A stretch of 64,000 bases of DNA from the human T2T-CHM13v2.0 reference genome, Homo sapiens. The stretch is from the NCBI RefSeq assembly GCF_009914755.1, contig NC_060940.1. One strand, given 5' to 3'. Shown in pieces: positions 1 through 15,719 of this stretch. The notes under the pieces are model-generated. The model worked only from the letters and a program-made list of their open reading frames with translations, made no database searches and was not told the DNA's origin. Made by a program: the position numbers and the translations under genes. Positions within the stretch are counted from its first letter, which is position 1. Each line of letters opens with the position of its first letter.

Positions 1-82
1 GGAGGTGGAGGTTGCAGTGAGCCAAGATCACGCCACTGCACTCCAGCCTGGCTACAGAGTGAAACTCCATCTCAAAAAAAAA
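1..82 (+). mobile_element. Alu, 3' end (cut by window edge)
   Basis: ggaggttgcagtgagcc...ctccagcctgg plus A tail. Confidence 0.9.
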
Positions 83-94
83 GAAAACTGTATG

Positions 95-462
95 AAATTC
101 AAATTTCATGTCCATAAGTAAAGTTTTATTGGAACACAGCCACACACACTCATTTACATATTGTCTGTGGCTGCTTGCCCTCAACAATGGAAGAATTGAT
201 TTGTTACAAGAGGGAACACATATGGCCTGCAAAGCTGAAAACATATATTGTTAATTTGATGGAGATCTTTGTATATTCATATACAGTTGTCAGAAATAAT
301 ACAGAGAGATTGTACTCTTTGCTCAGTTGCCCCCAGTGGTAACATTTTGCAAAATTTAAGCACAACACTACAACCAGGATATTAATATTGGCATAATCCA
401 CTGGGCTTGAAACTGAAAGTATTTACTACTTGGCCTTTTACGAGGAAATATTTTACAGCCAT
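95..462. mobile_element. MER58-like hAT-Charlie MITE interrupted by an old L1M fragment (~250-405)
   Basis: taaagttttattggaacacagccac...tggcctgcaaagctgaaa, resuming at aaagtatttactacttggcctttta. Confidence 0.55.
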
Positions 463-1109
463 TCGTTTTGGCCTGCAGTATTATTTTTTCTTTTGTGTTA
501 GTCTTATTTTTTTCTTCTCTGAATTTTTCTCTATAATTCTCTGTTTTGTTTCCCCTCAATACTCCGCTACAGATAATACTGCAAATTAGCAATGCTCACT
601 TTTATAGTGAATTGCATTTTTCTACTTGCCAAGTTTCAAGGTAAAATATATTTTAAGGGAAACAAAGAATAATGGTTTTTCCTTTGGTCTAAAATTAATT
701 TTGATCACAATATTAACACAAAGCTAATGAAATTCAGAACTAAGGGAATTAAAAATATATATGTAAAAAACCCAGCTCTTCATTTTTCTAATTCTACTTT
801 TCCCTAGAAAGACTGATTTACTTTTAGGGTGAGAAGTGGAGATACTGTTACCCCCTCACAGGTGGAGTCCAACAAAACAAAACAATTATTAACCCTTTCC
901 TAGACAGGGCTGGTCAGGGGCTGAATAGCTGCTTAAGTACCTCTGGAAAAGGTAACTTCTCAGCCCAAGGGTGCAGGGCCGGACTTGGTCTTTTTAGATT
1001 CATTCCCTGGCTGGCTGGTTGTTAGTTTTGTAAGGTAAGAAAGCAGCATTTAGCAACAGAGGAGAGAATGTGAGAGATAATTCTGGTGGTCCTTTTCCAG
1101 GTAGGTTGC

Positions 1110-1482
1110 TGCTATCGTTCGAATGTTTGTCCTCTCCAAAACTCATGTTGAAATCTAATTACAATTGTAACAGTATTAGGAGGTGGGACCTTTATTGAGT
1201 CTGGCCCCCTTGTGCCTCTTGGCCCTTCCACCTTCTGCCATGTGAGCATCCAGCCTTCCTCCCCTCCGGAGGACACAGTCTGTGAGGTGCCATGTTGGAA
1301 GAAGAGAATGGCCTCACCTCACCAGACACCAAACCTGCCAATGCCATGACTTTAGCCTTCCCAGCCTCCAGAGCTATGAGCCAATACATTTCTGTTCTTT
1401 ATAAATTCCTAAGTCTTAGATGTTCTGTATTATTCTGCATTATTGAACAACTGTGTTGTTCAGCACAAATGGGACTATGGCA
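1110..1482 (+). mobile_element. MST-type MaLR solo LTR
   Basis: Starts tgctatcgttcgaatgtttgtcctctccaaaactcatgttgaaa; contains cctcaccagacaccaaacctgcc and ccagcctccagagctatgag. Confidence 0.8.
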
Positions 1483-1603
1483 GCCGCCATCTTGAGAGGA
1501 CAGTATAGAGCAGTGAGATGTGACAGAGGCCAATGAGGACAGACTGGACATAAGAGGGTTTTCTGAGAATTAACCTAAATCAAAGATTCAAAATGTGCTC
1601 CTA

Positions 1604-1948
<345 letters not shown>

Positions 1949-2342
1949 TTATCAGGCTCCTACCCTAAACCTACTAAGTCTGATACTTTGGGGGTGGAGC
2001 CCAGAAATCTGTTTTAACAAGACTGTGGGTGATGATGATGATTGATACAGGTTCAAGTTTAAGAACAGCTGCCTTCAATCCCAATCCATGCCTAGAGGCC
2101 CAGAGTGGAGCCAATCAAGGTCTCAAGAGAAAGCAGGTCTCCCAGGACTGCTAAGATGGGTTTCCTGTTGCTTGTTGTGTCTCCTGATGATAGCTAGTAT
2201 TTATCTAGTGTAGACTATGTCTCAGACACTCTAGTACATGAAAATAATAGTGCTCAGCGCTTATTGATTACTTAATATATTCCAGATACTGTCCTTAATG
2301 CTTTGCTTTATTATCTCATTTAATTTTGAGAACATACTTATC

Positions 2343-2566
2343 AGTGGGAACTAAGTGATGAGAACACAGGAACACATAGAGGGGAACAACACACACTGAG
2401 GCCTACCAGAGGGTAGAGGGTGGGAGGAGGGAGAGAAGCAGGAGAAATAACTAATGCGTACTAGGCTTGATACCTGGGTGACGAGATGATCTGTACAACA
2501 AACCCCTGTGACACAAGTTTACCTATATAACAAACTTGCACATGCACCCCTGAACTTAAAAATTAA
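2343..2566 (+). mobile_element. L1PA (old) 3' UTR fragment
   Basis: gatgagaacac...gaggggaacaacacacactg...aacaaacttgcacatgcacccctgaacttaaaa. Confidence 0.85.
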
Positions 2567-2571
2567 ATTGA

Positions 2572-2890
2572 GGCTGGGTGCAGTGGCTCACCCCTGTAAT
2601 CCCAGCACTTTGGGAGGTTGAGGTGGGTGGACCAACTGAGGTCAGGAGTTCGAGACCAGCCTAGCCAACATGATGAAACCCCATCTCTACCAAAAAATAC
2701 AAAAATTAGCCAGGTATGGTAGCACACACCTGTAGTCCCAGCTACTCGGGAGGCTGAGGCAGGAGAATTGCTTAAACTTGGAGGTGGAGGTTACAGTGAG
2801 CTGAGATTGTGCCACTGCACTCCAGCCTGGGCGACAGAGCGAGACTCTGTCTCAAAATAAATAAATAAATAAATAAATAAACAAATAAAA
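2572..2890 (+). mobile_element. AluS with (AAAT)n tail
   Basis: Full Alu consensus. Confidence 0.92.
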
Positions 2891-3191
2891 TGAAAATTAA
2901 AAAAAGACAGTAAATGTAATATAAAGTGTGCAAAGTTCTCACCAGTATACCTAATCAGAGTTGACCTTAGTACATACAAATGTAAAATTATGCTTAATAG
3001 TAATTTTGAGAATATAATGAGGTAGTCGCTTTCATTAACCCCGTAATACAAATGAGAAAACTGAGGTCCAGAGAAGTTATGTCATTGGTGATAAGTCATA
3101 AAGGCAGCAAAGAGAAGACCCCAGCCTGACCCCAAGAGTCCTGGCTTGTGACCCTGATGTCCTGTCACTGGTGTTCTGAGATGCATTAACT

Positions 3192-3792
3192 CCCTGGTTC
3201 CCAGCCTTTCTGACACCAGGGACCAGTTTCATGGAAGATAATTTTTCCATGGACCGGGGTTAGGGGCGGGGGATGTTTTCGGGATGAAACTGTTCCACAT
3301 TACATTCCCATAAGGAGTGTGCAACCTAGGTTCCTCTCAGGCGCAGTTCACAATAGGGTTTACGCTTCTATGAGAATCTAATGCCGCCTCTGATCTGACA
3401 GGAGGTGAAGCTCATGTGGTGATGCTGGTTTGCCCCCTGCTCATGTCCCGCTCCGGCTCGCTCACTGCTCACCTCCCGCTCACCCACTGCTCACCTCCCG
3501 CTCCCACTTGCCCACTGCTCACCTCCCGCTCACCCACCGCTCACCTCCCGGTCACCCACTGCTCACCTCCCGGTCACCCACTGCTCACCTCCCGCTCCCG
3601 CTTGCCCACCGCTCACCTCCCCCTCACCCACCGCTCACCTCCCGCTCCCGCTTGCCCACCGCTCACCTCCTGCTCCCGCTTGCCCACCGCTCACCGCCTG
3701 CTCGCCCGCCGCTCACCTCCTGCTGACCCACTGCTCACCTCCTGCTGTGTGGCTCAGTTCCCAGCCCTCGGCCCGGGGTTTGGGGACCCCTG
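3192..3792 (-). mobile_element. MER1B hAT MITE with an internal minisatellite
   Basis: Terminal ggggacccctg; internal gggatgaaactgttccac and tatgagaatctaatgccgcctctgatctgacaggagg; 8-bp TSD cattaact/catcaact (3184-3191, 3793-3800). Confidence 0.85.
3467..3747. repeat. GC-rich minisatellite: 11 full units of 22 or 28 bp plus a partial unit
   Basis: Units gctcacctcccgctcacccac(t/c) and gctcacctcccgctcccgcttgcccacc. Confidence 0.95.
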
Positions 3793-4395
3793 CATCAACT
3801 CATTTAATCCCCTCAACGTTACTAAGAAAGTTAAATTCATTAGTGAAATTTTACAGCTGAGGAGAGGGAGGCTCTGAGAGGTCCACTAGTTTGCCTCAAA
3901 TCACATAGCTTGTTAAAAGCTCAGCTGGATTGAGAACCTGAGCCATTATTGCTTGTCTCTCCTTGCGCTTGTCCTATTGCCTGGCACATACTATGTCTTC
4001 AAACGCTGAGTGCCGCCAGCCGCTGACTCAGAGACCATCCCCTGGTCCTGTGAGGGGGCAGCCTGACCCCTTCTTTAGGGAGCACAAGGGAAGGGTCCTA
4101 CATCCAACCCTAAACTGAGCGCTCCCAGAAAGAACATTCCCCAGGAGCCTCCTTGAAGCTTGCTGCAAAATGCTGTGAAGGCGGGACCTGAATCAAGTGC
4201 GATTCATTTGAACAGAGTTTTAATTAGTAAATAAATTAGTTGGGGGGCAGGGGGAAAGATATCAATTAGAACATGTGGTTAAATAGGCAGAAATATGCAG
4301 AGAATTTTTGTGCCTGGAGGAAATGCACGTGTTCCATTAGCACTAATTAAGAAACACAGAATATTCTTTCCAGGCTAAAAGAGGCTTGAGCGTCA

Positions 4396-4749
<354 letters not shown>

Positions 4750-5377
4750 CAAGTCTGGCTACTTTCAAGCTGGGACAAGCTGGTCACTTTATGGCATCAA
4801 GCCTAAAGCTTACTACCTGTGTGAGCTCAGCCTCCAAAGCCTTAACTTCATTTTGCTAAAAATGGAGATAATGATACTGACCATATAGGATTATCAGAAG
4901 GATTTTTATGTTTGATATCAAGAAGGCAGTGATATTTGAGTAGGTCCACATTTTTGGTCTTGTTTTCTCCTCAACATAGCCCTATGATTACATAGAGCAG
5001 AAATTACAAACCCATTTTTTCAGGTGGAAAAACAGTGTAGTGGATCCAGTCACTTGTCTCTTCTAACATCTGTTCAACTGTTTTTCTAGGACGTCTCTCG
5101 TACTGCAGAGACTGGAAAGTGAAAATCTGTAACATGTTTTCCAGACTCCCTTGTAGCTAGCGCTCCTGGTCTGATTCAGAACCACCAATCATATGGACTC
5201 ACCAAAGACTTGAGTTTAGAATGAAGTTTGGTGGGGAGATGAGGCATCCAACTTGGTGTTAGCTCACAGCAGATGAGATGTGGCTTGACAAAGAGCAGGA
5301 GGAGGGATTGTTTCCTGCATCTGGGCCATGGTTAAGGTGGTGTGATCCTGAAGCCAAACATCAGAAGGTGGCTTTCT

Positions 5378-5688
<311 letters not shown>

Positions 5689-5825
5689 CAGAAGGTGGCT
5701 TTCTGCTGGCCCTTCTTCCTCTTTCTCTGATGGGCAAGTTCTGAGATGCTGCTCTGGAAGTCGTTCCTAGAGGACAGCCTAGATCCTGCTCCTCCAGCCC
5801 TCATAACAATTTTGTTTGATCTAAT

Positions 5826-6144
<319 letters not shown>

Positions 6145-6512
6145 TAAATTCTTTTTTGCCTTACGTAGTGGGAGAGATTTTGCAGCTGAATCCCAGATGA
6201 TACAATGGGGCACAGAGAAGTTATGCCACTTGTCCTAATAAAAGTTAAGTGTTTGATATTGCTGGTACTTAAAAAACATCCCTACAGATATTAATTTCAT
6301 TTCCTGTGGATTTTCCACTTTATTTTACTTCTTTGAGCCCCTGTTTCCTCATCTGTCAAATAGAAATAATAATATTTATCTTGCAGGAGATGTGAGAATT
6401 GAACAAGGTCATAGATAATAAATTATTAGAGTCATGTAGATAATCCACAAATGGCACCTATTAATAATAAAAACTGGCTTTATAAGAAAGTCTATCAGTT
6501 AGGATGTGCTGG

Positions 6513-6822
6513 TTTTTTTTTTGTTGTTGTTGTTGTTTTTTGAGACGGAGTTTTGCTCTTGTTGCCCAGGTTGTAGTGCAGTGGTGCGATCTCAGGTCAC
6601 TGCAACCTCTGCCTCCCAGGTTCAAGAGATTCTTCTGCCTCAGCCTCCTGAGTAGCTGGGATTACAGGCATGTGCCACCACACCCGGCTATTTTTTTTTT
6701 TTAGTGGAGACGGGGTTTCTCCATGTTGGCCAGGCTGATCTTGAACTCCCGACCTCAGGTGATCCACCCACCTCGGCGTCCCAAAGTGCTGGGATGACAG
6801 GCGTGAAGCACTGCGCCTGGCC
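6513..6822 (-). mobile_element. Alu
   Basis: Reverse Alu consensus. Confidence 0.9.
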
Positions 6823-7485
6823 CATTTCAATATCTTAAAACAGAAAAGGTTTATTTCTCGTTCACGCTCATTGATACGTCTAGAGTTGGCAAGGGGTGTT
6901 CTGCTCCTCTTGGTTACTCAGGGGTCCAGGCTAATGGAGCAGCCGCCGTCTCATATGCACACTCATGAAAGAAGACAGCATTGGAGGGTCTTCAGTGAGC
7001 AATACAATCCTTGGCTTGCAGCAATATGGGGTACGTGCACTCACAATTCATTCTCCAAAACTAGTCACAAGGTCCCACCCAATCACAGGGGAACCAGGAA
7101 ATGTAGTGCTGTCATGGGATAAGCTGGACAAAATATTTGGTGACCACATAGAGAGTGGAAGTGGAGTGACAACAAGACAGGAAGCTGTGCAGTGCTTCCA
7201 ACATTTCTAAACTTCAGAACTTGTTCCATCTCCTATTAGGAACTGCAAGACTGCAATTGGATGGTTGGAAAGAAATTAAAGGGCATTTTCAGACAGCTGG
7301 AAGGAAGTCTGGAATTAGGAATCCTTCCAACACTTCGGTTTCTCTTGCTTTGCTACGTCCCATTCCCCTCCCAGAATCCGGAGTGCTCCATGTGAACATG
7401 AATCAGATCACATTATCTTCCCACTTAAAATCGTCAAATGATGCTAAAAAGAAAACCCAAGCTTCTCACCATAGTGCTTCATGAC

Positions 7486-8320
7486 TGTATTAGTTATTGA
7501 TGGCTGCACAACAAATATTTCCCCAAATATAGGGACTTAAGAGAACAATAAACCTTTATTATCTCATGCAGTTTCTTTATTCTGTTTTTTTTTCCTTCTT
7601 TTTGAGACAGGGTCTTGCTCTGTTGCCCAGGCTGTAGTGCGGTGGTGTGATCATAGCTCACTGCAGCCTTGATCTCCTGGGCTCAAGAGCTCCTTCTGTT
7701 TCAGTCTCCCAAGTAGTTGAAACTTCAGGCATGTGTCACCCCACCTGGCTAGTTTTTTAAATGTTTTGTAGAGACAGTGTCTTGCTATGTTGTCCAAGCT
7801 TGTCTTGAACTCCTAGCCTCAAGTGATCCTCCTCCTTCAGCCTCCTAAAGTTCTGGGATTACAGATGTGAGCCACTGTGCTCGGACTAATGCAGCTTTTC
7901 TTGGTCGGGCATTTGGGAGTGACTCAACTGGGTGTCCTGGCTTATGGTCTTTCAGAGGTTGCCATTATGACATAGGTTGGGATTGCAGTCGTCCGAAGGC
8001 TTTGTTGGGCTAAAGGATCCAAGATGCACTCACATGGCTAGAAGGTTGATGCTGGCTATTGGTAGGAGGCCTCAGTTCCTTATAACATGGACCTTCCCAT
8101 GAGACTGCTGAACTGTCCTCATGATACGGAGGTTGGCTTTGTCCAGAGTGAGTTGTCTGAGAAAGAGAGGGCAAGGCAGAAGCTGCAATGTTCTTCTATA
8201 ACCCAGTCTTAGAACCCACACCCTGTCACTTCCCCCAGGTCCCCTAGGTCAGCCATATTTATTGTTTACACAAGGGTGTAAATTCCAGGAGGCAGAGATC
8301 ATGGGGGCATCCAGGAGGCT
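7486..8320 (-). mobile_element. MLT1-family MaLR LTR split by an AluJ
   Basis: tgtattagtta...tttattatctcatgcagtttct and ggcctcagttcct...ggcagaagctgcaatg. Confidence 0.65.
7585..7886 (-). mobile_element. AluJ
   Basis: Reverse Alu with J-type diagnostics (gatcatagctcactgcagcc). Confidence 0.88.
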
Positions 8321-8630
8321 AGCAGGCAGTGACTTAGTGCTCTGATTTTATCTTCTGTTGATTCACTAAGCACTCCTCACATGGAACTTCTATCTGTTTG
8401 AAACATGCTAAGCTGAGCCAAACCGAAGGCTTTTGCTTGCTCTTCCCTCCACATGAGATTCTGTTTCTCCAATCTGCTTCATCATCACATTTGGGTTTTG
8501 GCTCAACTGTTGTTTTCTTAGAGAGGCTTTCCCTGACCACCCTGTCCAATATTGCTCTTCCCTGCAGTCCCCACTCCAGGCCAATTGCTAGCACATCATT
8601 CTATTTATTTCCTTCACTCTTTGAAATCAC

Positions 8631-8936
8631 TTTATTTATTTATTTATTTAGAGACAGGGCCTCGTTCTGTTGCCCAGGCTGGAGTGCAGTGGCGTGATCT
8701 TGGCTCACTGCAGCCCTGACCTTCTGGGCTCAAGCCATTCTCCTGCCTCAGCTTCCTGAGTAGCTGGTACTACAGGTGCATGCCACCATGCCTGCCTACT
8801 TTTTTCATTTTTTGCAGAGATGGGGGGGTCTCACTATGCTGCCTAGGCTTGTCTTGAACTCCTGCACACAAGTGATCCTCCTGCCTTGGCCTCCCAAAAT
8901 GCCTGGATTACAAGCATGAGCCACTGCACTCAGCTG
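8631..8936 (-). mobile_element. AluJ
   Basis: Reverse Alu consensus. Confidence 0.88.
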
Positions 8937-9704
8937 TAGTCTGAAATCGCTGTAATTACTGATTAGTTTATTAGGCCTCCGTCTCCTCTCTTAAGACTTC
9001 GGCTCCCTGAGAGTGGGCTGGGCCCATTATGCTCATCCCAGCATCTCCAGCACCTGGTATAGCTCCTCGTCCATAGCAAGTGAACCATACCTATGTGCCT
9101 AGTAAAAGAACAGCCTCCAGCCTCCCACCTCCCATAGGGAAAGTTCCAGATCCCTCAAATTTTCTCATGCCCTCCTGCTATCCTGAACCTGATCTGAAAT
9201 CGGACCCTGGGTTTGTCCTAAGCTCCCTGCTCCTGTATGATCATTATTCACAGTGCAACCCATGAGTCTGCAAAGCCCTACAATCTTCCTTAAGAGGAGA
9301 GGGTGAGAAAAACCTGGTTGGCAGGCTGAGAGGCTGCCTTGCTGCAGGCTTGGCTGGACCCACAGCCAGAGCTCACCCTCCCAGCCCAGAAGGCTTTCTG
9401 GTTCAGTTGGTGATTATCTGAATAAGGCACTTTTAACTGCACAATCTAAGGGCTTCTTGGCAGGTGACCCATTAATGCTGGCCTAAATGGGAGTCACCTA
9501 GAGGGAGGGATGCCCTGGGGACCACTCTGAAAGCTTTAGCAGAATGCGTGGTTTTCTCAGTCGCTGTGGCTTCCCCAGGCATTTAAATGGGCGGCAGACA
9601 AGATTGCTCACATAGCATCTCCAGCCTCTGGTCTCAGAGGCTGCAGGTGACTGAGAGGGGCCATTCAAGCAGATCAACCATCTGCCTGCTAAGCTTCGTT
9701 TCAT

Positions 9705-9792
9705 CTTTTCTCCATCTTTCCTTCCTTCCTCCCTCCCTCTCTCCCTTCCTCTTTCCCTCCTTCCCTCCCTTTGTCCCTCCCTTCCTGCCTTA
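9705..9792. repeat. CT-rich low-complexity tract
   Basis: Near-pure pyrimidine run. Confidence 0.8.
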
Positions 9793-10409
9793 CCTATTTA
9801 GGGAAGTTGCAAAGGTTTATGAATTCCCCAGCCATCAACCTCTCATCTCTGACTATTGGCTTCATCTACTCCATTCCTTTCTCCTGTATCTTGCCTGCCT
9901 CTAACATCTGAAATATTGAGGTGACCTACTTTCACTGTATAAGTAGAGGCACCGGAGCTGTGGGCTAGAGGTATGAGAGAAACGGGCAGAGGCATCCGGC
10001 TGGTGAGAATCGTGAGACCCCTCTGACTATCTGGCTGGACTACTGGTGGCTTCTTGCATGTCTAGATTTTCAAAACCTGGCACCTTGGACAGCATTTGTG
10101 CACCTGGAGTTTTTGATGTGGGGCATTTTGTCGCAGCTCTTTTAGTACATTTCTATAGCCAGAGTGCCACGTGGGGTCCAGCATTTGCTGAGTGTTACCG
10201 GACACCGTGCTAGGTGATGTGATCCCATTAGTAATACTTGTGAGCACTTTATAAAGCAAGCATTTGGCACATGCCATCTCATTTCATCCTCTCCCAAACC
10301 TTGTAAGATGGGGGTGATTTGTCCCTAGTTTTCAGATGAGGGAACTGATGTGTAGAGAGGTTACGCTGCTCAGGAAATTCTAAAACCTTCATGTTGTGTA
10401 TAGATTCTC

Positions 10410-10748
<339 letters not shown>

Positions 10749-11026
10749 GGATTCTCAAATTTGATTCTTACCACAACTCTGTGAGATGAAAATTATCATC
10801 CTCATTTTATATGCGAAAGCCCCAAGGCTTGAGGGTGAAGATCACACAGCCATCAAGTGGGGACTCTACTATTCATCAGCAGTCCCCTGTGCACGTGAAA
10901 CTAGGTTGTCATGTGCAAGTGATTCGCCATCATTTGCAAAATTTGAAAGTTCAGTTGTTAGGAGAATCACTTACTCATTCCACAAGTATTTCTTGTGTGC
11001 CAATTAGGTATTAGGATCAACAGTGA

Positions 11027-11462
11027 TGTGGTAGATTGCACACATGGACACAGACTGCTCCCTTCTCTTTAACCACACCCCTGTGTAAAGTGGCTTTGCA
11101 TCTTCTCCCATCAAGAGGTAGAGTCTGTGTCCCCACCTCTTAATTCTGGACTGGCCTTGTGCCAAGCTTTGAACACTAGAATGTGACAAAAGTGACAGTG
11201 TGCCAGTCTAGACCTCTAGCTGTTTCTGCTCTCTCTTGAAACCCTATGAGCTCCATGTGAACAATCCTTATCTGATCAGCCAAGCGCCAAGAGACAAATG
11301 TCCCAGTCACACATGCTATCTTAGTCAGCATTCAGCCAACTCCTAGAAACAGCTGTGGGGTGGACTGGCAGCTGACCACAGATGCATGAGTGAGCCCAGC
11401 CAAGACCAGAAGAACAGCCCAGCTGAGCACAGCCCACGTTGCCAGACCACATGGTCAGGAGC
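11027..11462 (+). mobile_element. MLT1-family MaLR LTR
   Basis: tgtggtagattg...ctcccatcaagaggtagagtct...cagatgcatgagtgagcccagccaagaccag. Confidence 0.7.
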
Positions 11463-11599
11463 TGAATCGGTGATTCTCAAAATGTATTCCCTAGTCTAGT
11501 AACAGCAGACTCACCAGGGAACCTATCAGAAAGGCACATTTTCAAGCTCACTTTAGCACTACAGAATCATACACTCCAGGAGTGGGCCCAAGTGATTGA

Positions 11600-12085
<486 letters not shown>

Positions 12086-13079
12086 TGTGGGTTCTATTTT
12101 TATGTCCATTTTACAGATGTGGAAACTAAGGCCTAAAGAAGATAAGATCTTTGCTTGAGGTCACTTAACCAGCCAGGATTTTGACTAAGGTGTCTGGTAG
12201 GCTCTCAAGTTTATGCTTTTACATGTTGTAGGATCCAAACTCCTAGTGTGAGACAGAAAATGTGTGGTGGACACCCAGAGTGGCCAGAATGGGAGCGTTA
12301 CAGTTCCACGAGTCAAAAGAGGTTGTATGGGAGAGAGAGTCCCACAGTTGACTGAGTGGGCCAGGCAAGATTGGAACAGGTAGAGAGAGAAGAGAAAAAT
12401 GAATTTCAGATGGAGAAAGCCGCTTGAGCAAAGATGAGTGAACCCGCAAACCTTACTAAAAGCAAGTGTTTTTATAGGCAGAAGTGAGTGTTCCGGGGTA
12501 AGACGGTAGCAGAATTTTAAATTCAGAGCATCATAAAGATTCAGCATTAATGAGTTTGTTGGAAGATGAGGTGTGGAAAGTTTCCTTGAAATATTAAATT
12601 AGTAACCCCAGCAAATGTTTTTTGACTTTTGAGTAGTGTGGTCTCTAAATTGACTTCCCTCCACCATTGGACTATAAATGGTTTGAAGATGTTAGACTTG
12701 AAAGGGTAGGGAGAATATTTTGCTGTTGCTATAGTTTATTGTCTCAACTAAACTTTTTCTTTCCACATTTTTTCCCTAAAGTGTATTCAGAAGGTGACAT
12801 ACCTCTCTTTCTAATGTCTTCTTTTTCTATATCACTAATAAAAAGAGGGAATACTTCGGTGAGCATCTGTTATGTGCTCAGCATCTGCCATGTTCACCAC
12901 AAGTTAAGACTCTGCCCCTACTATCAAGAAACCTAGCAATCTAACTGGACACGAACCCATCTAGCATGCAAGCCAAAGACCATTAACAATCAGAGAAGAG
13001 AAAAGTCAGTGTAGGCTGGAGAAACCAGGAAGATCTTCAAGGGAAACTCAGTCCTGACATGGGAGGAAAACATTTCAGT

Positions 13080-13280
13080 TTCTTTTCTGCTTCTTCTCCT
13101 TCCTTCCTCCTTCTTCCTCCTCCCTTCTTCCTCCTTTCCTCCTCCTCCCCCTCCTCCCCCCTCCTCCTTCTTCTTCCTCTTCTTCTTCTTCTTTTTATTC
13201 TTCTTCTTCTTTTCTTCTTCTCCTCCTTCTCCTTTTTTCTTCCTCTTTCTCTTCCTCCTCCTCTCTCTCTCTTTTTTTTT
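13080..13280. repeat. (CTT/CCT)n pyrimidine tract
   Basis: About 200 bp of almost pure C/T. Confidence 0.9.
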
Positions 13281-13715
13281 AAACCAGTGAACAGAAACAT
13301 TTCAGTTTCATATTGACATTCAGTACATTAGGACCAGCTTTAGTACCACCTAGAATATATTCTTATCCAATTTAGGAAAATAAGAGATGATCCTTTGCCT
13401 AAAAACTTCTTGGCAGATTTTCAATCTGAAATGGCAAATGTGCTTTACCTCTAGGATCAGTAGTGCTTGGAGTGCTATCTTGAATTTTGAGAATTTGGAG
13501 GGTCTCCAGCTTCAGAGGAAATGAATAGTGGAAGCAATGGATGATGATGTCTGCTATGGTATGGGAGGTATGGGAGGAGTGGGGGAGAATATCCTATGTA
13601 TATGACTTCCCTCTCCCATACTTTTCTCTGCAAATTGTTATAAAATCTCTATTTTCGTGTACCCAAGTAGCTAAAATCTTTAACTAATTGTACTTCATGC
13701 CCTGCTTTTGACTTT

Positions 13716-14023
13716 ATTTTATTTTATGTTATTATTTATTTATTTTGAGATGGAGTCTCACTCTGTTGCCCAGGTGGGAGTGCAGTGGCACATTCTAGGC
13801 TCACTGCAACCTCCGCCTCCTGAGTTCAACTGATCCTCCTGCCTCAGCCTCCGAGATAGTACGGATGCCCACCACCATGCCTGGCTAAGCTTTTTATGTT
13901 TTTAGTAGAGACAAAGTTTCACCATGTTGGCCAGGCTGGTTTTGAACTCCTGACTGCAAGTGATCCACCCACTTCGGCCTCCCAAAGTGCTGGGACTACA
14001 GGTGTGAGCACCGCACCTGGCCC
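13716..14023 (-). mobile_element. Alu
   Basis: Reverse Alu; TSD tgcttttgacttt. Confidence 0.9.
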
Positions 14024-14379
14024 TTGCTTTTGACTTTTAAGACAGAGGCACACAAAAACAAAATTAAACATATCAAATATATGAAAAGGGAATGACCTGG
14101 TACATTTCTGTTCTGCTAGTTAAATTGTAACCTAATATTCTATACTTTATTTGGAGTGCTACAAGTTGTTTCCTTTATATCCTGAAAGATGACAGTGAGT
14201 TACAGAAAATATTAAATGATTAATGATAAACTATATATTCATATAAATACCAAGCTGTATTCTGTTGAAAATGTATGTTATCAGCCAATGGTCTATCTGA
14301 ATTAAGAAGGAAATAGTCATTTGAGGATATAGTGACTTACCTGAGTGATATTAGGAGGTTCTAAAATGCTTGATTCTAA

Positions 14380-14771
<392 letters not shown>

Positions 14772-14891
14772 AAAGGAGATAGTTTTTGAGATGACCCTTG
14801 AAGGGTGGATGGGAGTTTATGCGGAAAACAAGATTTGGGAAGAGGCAGAGAGCACAGCAAGGTAGAAGGCATGGGGTATGAAGAACTGTGG

Positions 14892-15227
14892 GGCCAGGTG
14901 CAGTGGCTCACGCCTGTAATCACAGCACTTTGGGAGCCTGAGGTGGGCGGATCATGAGGTCAAGAGATTGAGCCCATACTGGCCAACATGGTGAAACCTG
15001 TCTCTACTAAAAATACCTAAATTAGCTGGGCATGGTGGCCCTTGCCTGTAGTCCCAGCTACTCAGGAGGCCGAGGCAGGAGAATCGCTTTAACCCTAGAG
15101 GCGGAGGTTGCGGTGAGCTGAGCTGAGATTGTGCCACTGCACTCCAGCCTGGCAACAGAGCAAGACTCCGACTCAAAAAAAAAAAAATAAATAAAATAAA
15201 ATAAAATAAAGAAAGAAAAAAGAAAAA
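14892..15227 (+). mobile_element. Alu (Sc-like)
   Basis: Forward Alu with a long A tail. Confidence 0.9.
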
Positions 15228-15719
15228 CCATGGAGTATAGCGGGGACTCTAAGCCCTTTGGTATTGCCAAAAAAAAGGTGAAGTGTAGGGCTGTGTGCTG
15301 TGTGTGGCTGGCAAGCAGACTGGGGAGCTGACAGAATCTCTGATGCTATATTAAGGATTTGGGACTTTATCCTGAAGGCAATGGGGATCCCAAGGAGGGT
15401 TGCAAACGTGGGTCAGATTTCCTTTTAGCTAAATCACTCTGGTGAGCAATGCAAAGGCAATGCAAGGATATGCATGAATCAGAGTCTCCTTCCTCCTTTA
15501 TGCAATGAGATCGGGAAGAATGAAAATAGTTAAGGAGATAGTCTCTAGGGCTTTGATCTCAAATAGCACTAAATGCTAAAAGCTTGGAGTGAGAATGGAG
15601 TTTTAAGTGCATTCTGGAAGCTTTATGACTGTAATAAGAGATTCAGATGAGTTGATTTTATTCAATCTCAGACACAGATGCATAGATTCTATAGATATTT
15701 TTGAATTAAAATTTGGTGA

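Noticed and set aside
3416-3877. Pro/His/Thr-rich repetitive ORFs, and resemblance to a CRISPR-like array
   Set aside because: They translate the MER1B minisatellite. Units are contiguous with no unique spacers, there are no cas genes, and the DNA is eukaryotic.
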